This document shows positions 12,444 to 23,638 of a DNA stretch of 64,000 bases, piece by piece. Position numbers and translations under genes: made by a program. Source of the DNA: Balanoglossus misakiensis (lineage: Eukaryota; Animalia; Hemichordata). The DNA is taken from positions 10,281,918-10,345,917 of the forward strand of contig CM082595.2 of NCBI GenBank assembly GCA_040954595.2, given 5' to 3'. Under the pieces are notes generated by a model. That model made no database searches. It saw only the letters and a list, made by a program, of their open reading frames with translations, and was not told where the DNA came from. Each line of letters starts with the position of its first letter. The stretch's first letter is position 1.

Positions 12444-13749
12444 ATATACATGTGACTGCAGTGTCTTTCCAATCATGAATTTGCAAGGTGTCCTTCGGAG
12501 AAAATCTTCTGATTCTCTTTTCTGATTTGCTTTGCATATATGACTTAATGATCTCATTTGTTGGAATTCCCTGTCCCAAATTTTTGATGATCAGTCTCTG
12601 CCCCATTGCTCATCGTCCCAACTTTCTTGTGTATTGAAAACCAGGAATCAACCAATGCGATCCCAATCCGTGCTTGAACAGTGGTTTCTGCAAGATGACA
12701 TCTGGATCATGTGAACTGTACACATGTTTCTGTCAGAATTGTTTTCACTGGTGACCTTTGTGAACAAAGTAAGTTTTGATTTATTGTCTTGGGATAATAA
12801 TTTATACAGTTTAAAGTATCACCATTTCTTTCAATATGTAGATTTTTTGTTTTTCTCTACAAGTGTAATCAAGATCTGCATGAAAATTTGTGTCGCTGTC
12901 ACCGAACCCATCTAGTCCATACAACCAACAGTATGAATCACCACCTCATGCTGGGCGTAGCCATAGGCTATACATGCCTGCCGGTATCGAAGGCCATTAT
13001 GAGTATTGGTACCAGACCCCTCTTGAGAATGAATCATGGTTCCACCCTTATGGTAAAAAGTAAGATTACTCCATGCTAATAAATGACAATATTAGAATGA
13101 AAGTACATTCCAAGTGACTTGTTGGGAGTATCGGGCCACCCGAAAAATTGCAATCAGCCTGATTTTCAGTTAACCAATCTAAAGCCCAACTTTTCGTGTA
13201 TTTAGTTGGGTTTCTAAAACTAACAAATTTTTTGACTATATTTATGGCATGATGAACACTACTCTCATCAAATAAAATAATGTTGTGTCGTCCACAACTG
13301 GTGTAATTTTTATGTGTTTGGAATCGTAGACACCATTTATCTTTTAGTCAACTCTAAATCTAATATAACAGTCGCGAAAATTGCTATGACAAACAAAAAA
13401 TGAAGTGCTGACAGGGGACACCCTTGTCAGATCCCTTTGGATGGAGAACATTTAGAGAAGACATTGCCATTTTTCAAACATCTAGTATGTGATTATACAT
13501 AGTTTTAACCCTAACGCTGCCAAGTCAGTTTGATATCCAGGGTGCCTAGAATCCTGGCTCCCAGGCCTGTTAGGCTGCCAAGGGCGTGTTACGCTGTAGG
13601 GCCTATACAAGACCCTCAAACCAAACCAGAGCAAACCAGTACGATTTAGTACATTTAAGGGGGGTTTAGACTGCCAAGTGTGTCTAACATATGAGAGCCA
13701 TGGCAAGACAGTCAAAATACGTTTAGGAAGAAAAAATGGCAAATACATA

Positions 13750-14470
13750 TTTTAAGGGACTTGACACTCTAAACAGGTATGACACCTAGTAGCATTAGGG
13801 TTAAAATATAGCTGCAAGCCAAAATGGTCATCTGAGGTCACCCGAAATTTGGGCAAAATTTTTTGACCCCATACTGGTCCAGGTCCATCAGAAACCAAAC
13901 CTTCAGCCCTATTGGTTCGCCTGGAATTAGGTATGCACATAATTAATGAGTTAAGCAGTTGTACAGGTGACCTCAAAATTCGGCTTTTCATTTTAGTCCC
14001 ATCCCTCGAAATGCTAAGGCTGTACCTGCTCTGGAGGCCGAGATATGAGAAAGTAGATCACCTGAGGTCACCCAAAATATTATGGAAAAAATTGGACCCC
14101 ACACTTGTCCATGTCCAACAGAAACAAAACCTCTAGCCCTATTGGTAAGCCTAGAATTAGGTATGCACATAATTAATTAGGTCAAAGGTCAAGGGGTAAC
14201 AAGTACATGTGTATGCTTCATCCCACCAAATATGAAGTCTGTCGGTCTAATAGTTACGTACTTATGAGCATTTATGTTATAAATAGTTCAAAGGTCACCG
14301 AGGTCACGTGACATTGCGGCGAAATGATTTGGTCCAATAGTTGTACCTGTCCACCAAAAATCAGCTCCCTAGGTGTATTAGTTAGCGTAGAAGTAGATAT
14401 GTGTTTTTCAAGGTGGGTCAAAGGTCAAGGGGTCACCCGAAATTTGGCTTCTCATTTCGGCCCCTTGGTC
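13750..14470. repeat. Degenerate ~240-bp repeats (gaggtcacccgaaatttgg / ggtcaaaggtca), probably the internal part of a HINE-type element
   Basis: Blocks ~13834-13945 and ~14063-14175 are similar; copy at ~37805-38520. Confidence 0.45.
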
Positions 14471-15419
14471 AGTCCCTGTTCACTCCATAAATGGAGACGT
14501 GTTCTGCGCAACCGCAGTAGGTGTAACCTCGTGAACTCAGATGTGCACATGCGTACAGCAGTCCCTGTTCACACCATAAATGGAGACGTGTTCTGCGCAA
14601 CCACAGCTGGACCTGTGAAAGATTAAATCCGATCGACATATTTAGTTTCCGTATATTATATTGACCAATGCAGACTAAGTCTAATAGAATTACTACATGT
14701 AGTATATCGTGTATAATACACACGTTTGGCAATATTGCAGTTTGAGTGTTAGATGCAGACGTGTATACCCGATCTAAATTTCCGACCTACACATGTACAT
14801 GTATCACTGTTCACATGTACATACACCGTAACTGCGTTCTGAAAATGACATGGTATTTTCAAAATGTTACCCCAGATTACCCCATCATGTGAGAGCCATG
14901 AAACTCACACCCATTGTCCAGCAGTAGTTAGTTGACTATCCTATTCACTCAAAACAAAAAGAACGGGTGTGAAAAAGTCACTAAAACAGCATTGATACAG
15001 AGGTGTATAACACTGTTCATGATTTCAAGAGAAAAACATGAACACAGCCCAGTCACTGTATGTGGCGATATCTTTCTAAGTATTTCACTCAACTTGTACA
15101 GACGATGCCATGCTGTCTTCTGGAATGTGCTGGTAACGTCACACATCGAAACATATTGATGATGCCCTTCCCTGCGGCTCGGGCATCATCAATATTATTA
15201 AGGTCAAAGATCACCATCCCTTGTGCAGGCAAAAGATCATGATATTGCCCTCGCTAACATGTGTTATTATTTAAATACGATGTTGTCATAGCTTTGCTAT
15301 GCGGGTATAGTAAAGCCTATGCCTTGGTCCAGACCCCCCATGGTCAATGAAAAAAAATGAAATATAATGATCAAAAATCTTCTTCTCAAAATCGACATGC
15401 CCTAATTTGAAAATTTCGC

Positions 15420-15627
15420 CCTTATATGGTCATCAGGTCACTTGACTAATTTAACATTCACGGACGTACTGCACCAGATCTCATTGGCCTGCATCATTGT
15501 GCCATATTTGAGAATTGTAGGTTTAGCCGTTTTCAAGATCCTAGTGGCCGATGAAAGTGCCAAAGAAGAAGAAAAATGCCAGCAATACCAATAGGGGCCC
15601 CACCCATAGGGGCTTGGGCCCCTAATA
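15420..15627 (-). mobile_element. HINE-like element head in reverse orientation
   Basis: Hairpin ataggggccccacccataggggcttgggcccctaataa; the head is tandemly doubled in the copy at ~39445-39534. Confidence 0.45.
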
Positions 15628-16107
15628 AGTTAGTTGTAAAGTTATTACTGAGCTTGAATTTCACTAGCGACTAAAAGTAAACAAATACTGATGGTCAAAG
15701 TATCACAAGCTTTATTTTGGTTTGATGTAGGATGTAATATGCTTATAGCACACTGCCAAATTAATGCCAACCAATAAGACCGGTAGGATATGATCGAAAA
15801 CCACACGTATTAATGTGTAAAAGGCCGAACTTCCCAATAAATTTGGGTAGCCGACTACAGACAGAGTCGAACCGATGCATGATCTGAAGTATCAAGACAC
15901 ATGGACTATTATTATTGTTTCAACAATTTGACTTAAGTTTATAATTTCCTATGGCAGTTTTTGCCGACAAGAATGAATGCCCGACCAAACAAAATGGACA
16001 TTTTCACATGATCTTTACTGAGGTCACAAGTTAGCCAAGCCCTCATACACGCGCTATTCGGACGTATCGGTGATCTGTTTATGTGTTTAGCTAAGGTGGT
16101 AAACTGT

Positions 16108-16959
16108 TCATCAATCAATCAAAAGGACTTATAGAGCACCAAACTCCACTGCAATAGTGTTCAATAGTGCTTTACAATGTAAAGTTACTGTTAATAGGCT
16201 CTGTTAAACAGATAAGTCTTGATGTGTTTCTTGAAACTGTCAAGGCTAGGTGACTAGCATACCTCTATTGGGACACTGTTCCAGATGAGTGGGGCGATAT
16301 ACGAAAAAGCACGATCGCCGTACGTTTTCTTCTTACTCCATGGTACATGAAGTAGAAATTTGTCATTTGAACGAAGAAGTCTTGTTGAAGTTTTCAGATG
16401 GATTAAGTCAGAGATGTAAGCTGGTGCTGTGTTGTTTAATGCCTTATATGTCATAAGCAAGATCTTGTATTGGATTCTATAGTGTACAGGCAACCAATGT
16501 AAATCCATGAGAACAGGAGTAATATGATCCGTTTTACGGGTACGAGAAACGATCCTGGCTGCAGAATTCAGGGCATGCTGTAGCATGCATGATGATGGTA
16601 AACCACAGAGTAGTGCATTACAGTAGTTCAGTTTTGATGTGATTAGAGCATGAACCAGCATCTGGCAAACTTCCTTAGTGAGGTAACGGCGATGTGGCTG
16701 ATTTGACGCAGATGGAAGAAAATTGACTTGCAAATTGCATTAATGTGCTTATTGAAAGTGTAATTGTCGTCGAATGTCACACCTATATTCCGTGCAGAAT
16801 TCACAATTTGAACACAACATGATCCAATGCTCATGTGGTTTATGGGACGAGGCGAGCGGTTGAACTGAGACCTTATCAGGAGTACCTCGGTTTTGCCACC
16901 ATTGAGTTGAAGTTTATTATGTGTCATCCAGGTTTTTATTTCGTGAACTGCACTTTCCA
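16108..16959 (-). mobile_element. L2-clade LINE 3' portion, second family
   Basis: RT C-terminus [10 protein letters not shown]...ARNIGVTFD...[13 protein letters not shown]...HITPVLMDLHWLP...GDRAFS; (tcaa)n tail. Copy at 39987-40835. Confidence 0.9.
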
Positions 16960-17243
16960 GTTAAATATCGCAACTAGCCATAATGTTTGACTGGGGGGAG
17001 CACCTATACTAATGCGAGAACCAGGGATTGAAAGTTTCACCTGTGTTTTGATCCCTTAGTTACCCTTATAAGTACATTTGTAGTTTAATAACCATAGTTC
17101 TATTGCAAACCATTCTTTCCGTAGTTTCTTGTTTCAAATATTGTAATCTGAATTTATTTTGGTGTTTAACAGGTGTGATTATCTGTATTGGCGGCCATTT
17201 TGAAAAAAAATGGTTGACATGGAAACTCTTCAACAGATATTTA

Positions 17244-17670
17244 TAGTCTCGGTTACCCAGAGCCCTCTGCTTCTTCCGTTAGGCACTCCAGAAAGAGGGT
17301 CTGGGGAAACCCGGTAGACAAATCGCCGGGCGGAATCGGGACAGCTGCGATGCATGACGGGAGCTTAATATTCCAAAATGGCAACGTCCTGCGCGCGAAC
17401 CTCACGGCCGACATGTATGTCATACGATAAAGAAAACATGCTGAGTAGTGCTAGACCTGCTAAAACTGTCTACAAATTGAAAAGAGAGAGAGAAGTTTGG
17501 TTAATAGTTTTCTAATATCGTCATATCATAATATCGTACCGAATATTAAGCTCCCGTCATGCATCGCAGCTGTCCCGATTCCGCCCGGCAATGTGTCTAC
17601 CGGGTTTCCCCAGACCCTCTTTCTGGAGTGCCTAACGGAAGAAGCAGAGGGCTCTGGGTAACCGAGACTA
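17244..17670. mobile_element. Palindromic MITE, TAG...CTA termini, 10-bp TSD
   Basis: ~130-bp near-perfect TIRs starting tagtctcggttacccagag; TSD cagatattta at 17234-17243 and 17671-17680; empty sites at ~41112 and ~59290. Confidence 0.95.
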
Positions 17671-17813
17671 CAGATATTTAGTGACTCGCTATCTGAATTC
17701 GTTCAGTACACATTAACACACATCTGAGCCAAGTTTGGTGCTTTTATCACAAAATACACAATCGATATGAAAATTTGGGTTTTGGTGCTCCACTACATAT
17801 TAAGTAACATTAA

Positions 17814-18226
17814 GGATGTACGTTCAGTAAAATTGAAAGTATTGTCATTTTTTTTAATTGTGGATTTTTTTATTCTCCTTTGTATGTATAATGAAAATCC
17901 GTAATAAAATATAGGGGTCACTGGGCTTGTTTTTGAAATACAGAGCCATGAATTTGGTCGATAATAGAAGAAATCTGCTGACTCAGCATTTTTCACCAAT
18001 GGTTTGTCTATGGGCAAAATTCTTAACGCAATTTATCTCAAAAAAGAGCGCGGTGACGCCTATATTTTATTTGACCAATGAATTTATATTTGCTGGACTG
18101 AGCTATGTGTAAAATTTCGTGAAAATGACAATAGTAGAAGTTTGTTTTCTGGCGATTATCAATGTAATCCTATGGGAAAAGGACCGGGCGCGCAGTGTTT
18201 CCAGTTTATGTTCTGCGCGTACATCC
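17814..18226. mobile_element. Older TTAA-type (Kolobok-like) MITE shared by three copies
   Basis: ttaa|ggatgtacg..cag ... ctg..cgtacatcc|ttga; also at ~41251 and ~59430. Confidence 0.6.
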
Positions 18227-18292
18227 TTGATGAAGTTTGCTGGCTAGAGGGCTCTTAAACCTCCCTAATATTTGACGTCTTTACTCCTACAG

Positions 18293-19402
18293 GACTGCGC
18301 AGTTGGAAGTTACCGTTCAGCATGTTCTGAAGCATGCACGCTGTGTCCAAGGGTTTCATGTGTGGAACAGCCAGCCTCTCATCACCAACACAATGCGGAC
18401 AGGGATATTTTGCCAACAATGGAAGTATAGACTGTACGCCTTGTCCTGCCCTGGGTATAAGTGCCAATATGATGGTATGTCGGAGCCAGAGGTGTGTGAA
18501 GATGGATACTACACTAATATAAATGGTGAGTCAGCACTTAAAGTTTGGGCATTACTGTGTAATCTTTCACTTAGGCGGACGATCATCTTATGTGCATGTG
18601 CCTAATTCTGTGCGTACAAACATTATGTCCAGTCCAAATATTCTGCCAATTTTACATCCAATGCATTCAAATAGTGGACTGCTTCGCTTTCATCCAGTTT
18701 TCATGTGCATCGTATAAGTAGACTTTTGTTTTGTCCCGTCTTTTCACCGAATTTGCTCTTTTCCAAATCTCCGACACAGACTATGATCGTCACATTCTTG
18801 TCGGTTGTTAGAACAGCACACTGCCATATGGCATTGACTGTATACAGTTTCTGTTACCAATATCTCTGGTTTGGCATTTTCCTGTCCTCAATCTTTTGCC
18901 AGGGATTTATGTCTCCCCAACCCGCGTGAGAATCCCACGTCTTTGAAGGTATGACTGTGACTATAAGATTCTATAAATCTCTGTTTATTTTCAGCACAAA
19001 CATCATGTGCTGATTGCCAAGCTGGTAACCATTGTCCAAATGGTAACACTGTGATTTTATGCTCGGCTGGTTATTACAGTTCGGCCTTGGACAAAGGATG
19101 TCTCGCTGTACCTCTTGCATAACAGGTAAACTTCTACCCACCCACCTTTATTTCCAACATCAAATTTGAATAGACCTCTATTTATGAAAATAATTAAAAT
19201 TTGCGCCAATTTTTTACAGTGGTATTCAAAGGTTAACTTGGTGTGTAAATTCTTTGTTTGATTTACAGATCAGCCGGTGCTGAACAGTGTACTATTTGTG
19301 AGCAAGGGTACGCCTGCACAGATCCCAGTGCATCGCAATTCAAGTGTACCAAGGGTTACGTGTCATTGGCTGGTGCAACAAACTGTACCAGATGTACAAA
19401 TG
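18293..19402 (+). pseudogene. Three Cys-rich exons (C-xx-C-x-x-G-Y/F-x-C repeats)
   Basis: Exon A DCAVGSY...CTLCP/GFMCG...CGQGYFANNGSIDCTPC/PGYKCQ...CEDGYY (two frameshifts). Exon B QTSCADCQAGNHCPNG...CSAGYYS. Exon C AEQCTICEQGYACTDP...CTKGYVSLAGATNCTRC. Confidence 0.8.
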
Positions 19403-19513
19403 GTAAGATTGTGGTACTTGTTCAGTTTGCTGTGTGATGAAACTGAGGGGTATGTGTGTATGCATGTATGTGTTTACAACAGATTTTCAAGTCAGTGCGA
19501 CTGGGGTTATGTT

Positions 19514-19544
<31 letters not shown>

Positions 19545-21425
19545 ATGTGTTTACAACAGATTATCAACTCAGTGCGAGATCTTGCGAGACCCGGTTAGCC
19601 ATGTGAGATCTCGCAGAGTCTTATGATATTCAGAAAATGGTTGATTAGAAATGACATTTAATGTCCCTACATGCATTCTAGCATTTCTCTTTGTTCAGTT
19701 TAATGCCTGCTTTCCTGGTTCGTTCCATGGCTTCGTGTAGATGCAGGTCATGGTGTCGCTCCCCTGATCCGAAGACTTGTATATCGTCTGCAATGCCGAC
19801 TGCACCTTCACACTCTCTGTATGTTTCATCAATTTTGAATTGAAACACATCTTGGCTCATCCTTAGCCCAAATGGCATTCGTAGGAATCTGTAACGGCCA
19901 TATGGTGTGTTAAAGGTCGTCAGGAAGGATAATTCTTCATCGATCTTTACATTCCAGTATCCGTTCCGCGCGTCTAGCTTGCTGAAAAGTGTTGCGCCTG
20001 CCAACTTTGGGGTAATCTCCTCCAATGTGGGTGTAGGGTAATGATCCCTTTTAATGGCTTTGTTCAAGTCCTTCGGGTCCAGACAAATGCGAAGTCTTCC
20101 ATTGTCTTTCTCCCGGACAACAAGAGAATTGACCCAGTTCGTAGGCTGGTTCACTTTGGCGATGATTTGCTTATCTTCCATCTCCTGTAGCTCGGTTTTG
20201 AGTCTATCCATTAGTTCTAATGGAACTCTGCGGGCAGGGTGTGCTACTGGTTGTACTTCTGGATCAAGAGTGATGTGGTATGTGTAGTTTTCAAAACATC
20301 CGACCACGTCGTCAAAGCAATCAGGGTACATCCTCAGCAACTGTTCTTTGCTCTTTATGGGAGGGCGGTCCCTGATGGGTGTATTACTGTCTATGTAGTC
20401 ATCTGTAGGGTTTCTGTTTCTTCCTGCTGGCTTCTGTTCGTTCATCTTTCTTTTTTCCACTTCAACATTTCTTCCAGGCTGTGCTGTCTTGCACTCTGGG
20501 CTCGCCTGCACTTGTATGGCTTCTACTGAACAGTTTATTTGTATCAGGTTTAAGGCTCTGCTTGCCTTTAACCCTAAAATGGCCGGGCCTGCGGCGTCAG
20601 TTACATAGAAGAGGCATCTGATTTTCCTCTCTCTATGTTCACATGGAATGACGATGGTGCCAAGCTGTTTGATTCTGGAACCTCCATATGCGGTAAGGAT
20701 TATTTTATTTTCCTTCAAGTGCCCGCGTTTTGGATTTCCGTGTTTATCCAGTTTCTCTGGAAATATGATCTTGAAATGGCGGAGGGGCAGTATATTGATC
20801 TGTGCACCGGTATCAATCTTGCATTTCAGTGCTACTTTCCTTTTCTTTTCGCTCTGTGTGATTGTCAGTTTCGTGTATATTTCTTCTTGTCTGTTGATGT
20901 TGTCCAATGCATTTATTTTGATAGTTCCAACATCTAGGACTTCATCATCTATTTGATGCATGTTGCTGTTCGAGCGTGTCACATTATGGATTGGTTTTCC
21001 ACCTCGTCTCTGCTGTGACTTCGGTTCGCTTGAGCTGGTTTTGGAACGGCATACCGCCTGCCAGTGATTAGGTTTCCCACAAATTCGGCATTTCGAGCCA
21101 TATGCTGGGCAGTTACTTTTCACTGAGGTGTCATAACAGTATAGAAAACATTTTCCAATTTCCGAAAAGTAGCCGTTTTTTAAACTTTTTTCAAGGAAAT
21201 TAGTGTTTTGTTCACAGTACAATATATTTCGATATTTTTCTATGATTATTTTCAAGATGTTTGCGAGTGTGCAGAAAGAAAAGAATAAACTGTGAAATTT
21301 CCATAGAAATAATGAAGGAGCCATCTTTGGGTTGTATGGATTTGAATATTTCATTGAAAAAAACTAATAATTAAATTATGAATTCAATTAATAGTACAAT
21401 TTGCAAAAATTGCTAGTCACTCCAG

Positions 21426-22064
21426 AAGGGTCAGTGTCTGGAAATTTCCAGACACTCAGGGAATGTGAGAGCCTGGCAATTTCCAAGCACTGACAAGGGT
21501 CAGTGGTCGGAAATTTCCAGACACTCAGGGAATGTGAGAGCCTGGAAATTTCCAAGCACTGACAAGGGTCAGTGGTCGGAAATTTCCGGACACTCAGGGA
21601 ATGTGAGAGCCTGGAAATTTCCAAGCACTGACAAGGGTCAGTGGTCGGAAATTTCCAGACACTCAGGGAATGTGAGAGCCTGGAAATTTCCAAGCACTGA
21701 CAAGGGTCAGTGGTCGGCAATTTCCGGACACTCAGGGAATGTGAGAGCCTGGAAATTTCCAAGCACTGACAAGGGTCAGTGGTCGGAAATTTCCAGACAC
21801 TCAGGGAATGTGAGAGCCTGAAAATTTCCAAGCACTGACAAGGGTCAGTGGTCGGAAATTTCCAGACACTCAGGGAATGTGAGAGCTTAGAAATTTCCAA
21901 GCACTGACAAGGGTCAGTGGTCGGAAATTTCCAGACACTCAGGGAATGTGAGAGCCTAGAAATTTCCAAGCACTGACAGGGTCAGTGGTCGGAAATTTCC
22001 AGACACTCGGGGAATGTGAGAGCCTGGAAATTTCCAAGCATTGACAGGGTCAGTGCTTGGAAAT
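21426..22064. repeat. 69-bp tandem array, 9 units plus a partial (left arm)
   Basis: Unit aagggtcagtggtcggaaatttccagacactcagggaatgtgagagcctggaaatttccaagcactgac starting 21426, 21495, 21564 and so on. Confidence 0.97.
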
Positions 22065-22518
22065 CTTGAGTTTCTCTATCATGTTTCAAATTATGGCCTT
22101 TAGGAAAACGATCTGTTGAGGAACTGCGCCTGTGTTTATATCGTCAACCCTACGGATGAGATTGGTCATTTGACTGCGGTGGCCTCTTCTGCTGTTCTTC
22201 TCTCTCTCTCTCCATGCCCGACATCCTGGTCTCGGCACCAACAAATGTACCGCGTACACTTGGGAATAGGTTCGGAATGAAGAGAGAGGGGCGGGATGGC
22301 CAATACTTCTTTATAAACAGTGGTTTGAACTGTGACATTTGGTAACACTGCATAATTCAAGAACAATAGCATTTGGTAGTTGTGAAGTTGTGACTTTGTA
22401 TACAGAGTAGAAAGAACAATTATGTCAGATAAACAATACCAATTCCCAATAAACAACTAGTGTATGGGCTAACTCAGAGGAGTTGGTAGGCGAAGCCTGT
22501 CATGAACATTGTGACGCT

Positions 22519-22912
22519 AAGGCTCCTTAGACAAACCTGTTGCGTCTGCGGTCCAGATCCGTACCAGAGCTTTTCGCCGAAATTCGATTTTATCGGGAGA
22601 ATATCCTTTCCCTGTCTACTAACCGGTTATAACCGACTCCACGATTGACTTCTTCTAACATCCGAACCGCTCGCTTTCTGAAACTTTTGTGTTTACCCAT
22701 TGAGATAACCTCACTGTATTCAATATGGCGATCTCAACAGGTAAACACAAGAGAAAATCAGAAAGCGAGCGGCTCGGAAGTTAATTACATCATATTTGGA
22801 GTCATTTGTGGGTAGACGGGGGAAAGATTCCCCCCGATAAAATCGAATCTCGGCCGAAAAGCTGCTGTCCGGATCCGGATCTCAGACGAATCAGTTTTGT
22901 CCATGGAGCCTT
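22519..22912. mobile_element. Diverged ~390-bp hairpin (old MITE or structural core) inside the foldback element
   Basis: aaggctcc..gacaaa...tttcgccgaaattcgattttatcggg pairs with cccgataaaatcgaatctcggccgaaaa...ttgtccatggagcctt; inner arms ccgctcgctttctga / tcagaaagcgagcgg. No TSD seen. Confidence 0.7.
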
Positions 22913-22980
22913 GCAGAGATGTGGTGGAAGCCATGTATTAAACGCCGGGAGAACGCAGACCTGTACGGGGGACTACCACG

Positions 22981-23638
22981 ACCCTGTCAGTGCTTGGAAA
23001 TTTCAAGGCTCTCACATTCCCTGAGTGTCTGGAAATTTCCGACCACTGACCCTTGTCAGTGCTTGGAAATTTCTAAGCTCTCACATTCCCTGAGTGTCTG
23101 GAAATTTCCGACCACTGACCCTTGTCAGTGCTTGGAAATTTCCAGGCTCTCACATTCCCTGAGTGTCCGGAAATTTCCGACCGCTGACCCTTGTCAGTGC
23201 TTGGAAATTTCTAAGCTCTCACATTCCCTGAGTGTCTGGAAATTTCCGACCACTGACCCTTGTCAGTGCTTGGAAATTTCCAGGCTCTCACATTCCCTGA
23301 GTGTCTGGAAATTTCCGACCACTGACCCTTGTCAGTGCTTGGAAATTTCTAAGCTCTCACATTCCCTGAGTGTCTGGAAATTTCCGACCACTGACCCTTG
23401 TCAGTGCTTGGAAATTTCTAAGCTCTCACATTCCCTGAGTGTCTGGAAATTTCCGACCACTGACCCTTGTCAGTGCTTGGAAATTTCCAGGCTCTCACAT
23501 TCCCTGAGTGTCTGGAAATTTCCGACCACTGACCCTTGTCAGTGCTTGGAAATTTCCAGGCTCTCACATTCCCTGAGTGTCTGGAAATTTCCGACCACTG
23601 ACCCTTGTCAGTGCTTGGAAATTTCCAAGCTCTCACAT
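22981..23638. repeat. 69-bp tandem array, 9 units plus a partial, inverted (right arm)
   Basis: Reverse complement of the left-arm unit, starting 22981, 23049, 23118 and so on. Confidence 0.97.

Larger units (their letters stand above)
115..13082 (+). pseudogene. Copy X1 of Cys-rich + 8-Cys EGF-repeat pseudogene (5' exons upstream of the window)
   Basis: Mostly AG/GT-bounded exons at 115-312, 1591-1807, 2628-2757, 2988-3110, 3887-4009, 4564-4678+5270-5271, 5746-5862, 6254-6376, 6951-7073 (acceptor mutated), 7468-7587, 7882-8004, 8389-8505, 8953-9075, 11014-11129, 12645-12768. In-frame stops at 189-191, 3089-3091, 7043-7045 and several frameshifts. Confidence 0.85.

Noticed and set aside
2628-12768. 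Assignment as Notch, fibropellin, crumbs or SCUBE
   Set aside because: No LNR, ankyrin, CUB, avidin or LamG exons seen; the calcium-binding consensus is absent and the Cys pattern differs, so no gene symbol is given.
16988-17794. TAG-ended element (tagggggagcacc ... ggtgctccacta) hosting the 17244 MITE
   Set aside because: The inverted match is short and imperfect and no TSD is visible.
19678-21354. 558-aa ORF as a standalone gene starting MKYSNP
   Set aside because: The first ~73 aa are read-through from the inserted transposon's AT-rich end; the real start is the gag ATG at 24838.
21426-23638. CRISPR-like array
   Set aside because: No unique spacers; whole units repeat; eukaryotic context with no cas genes.
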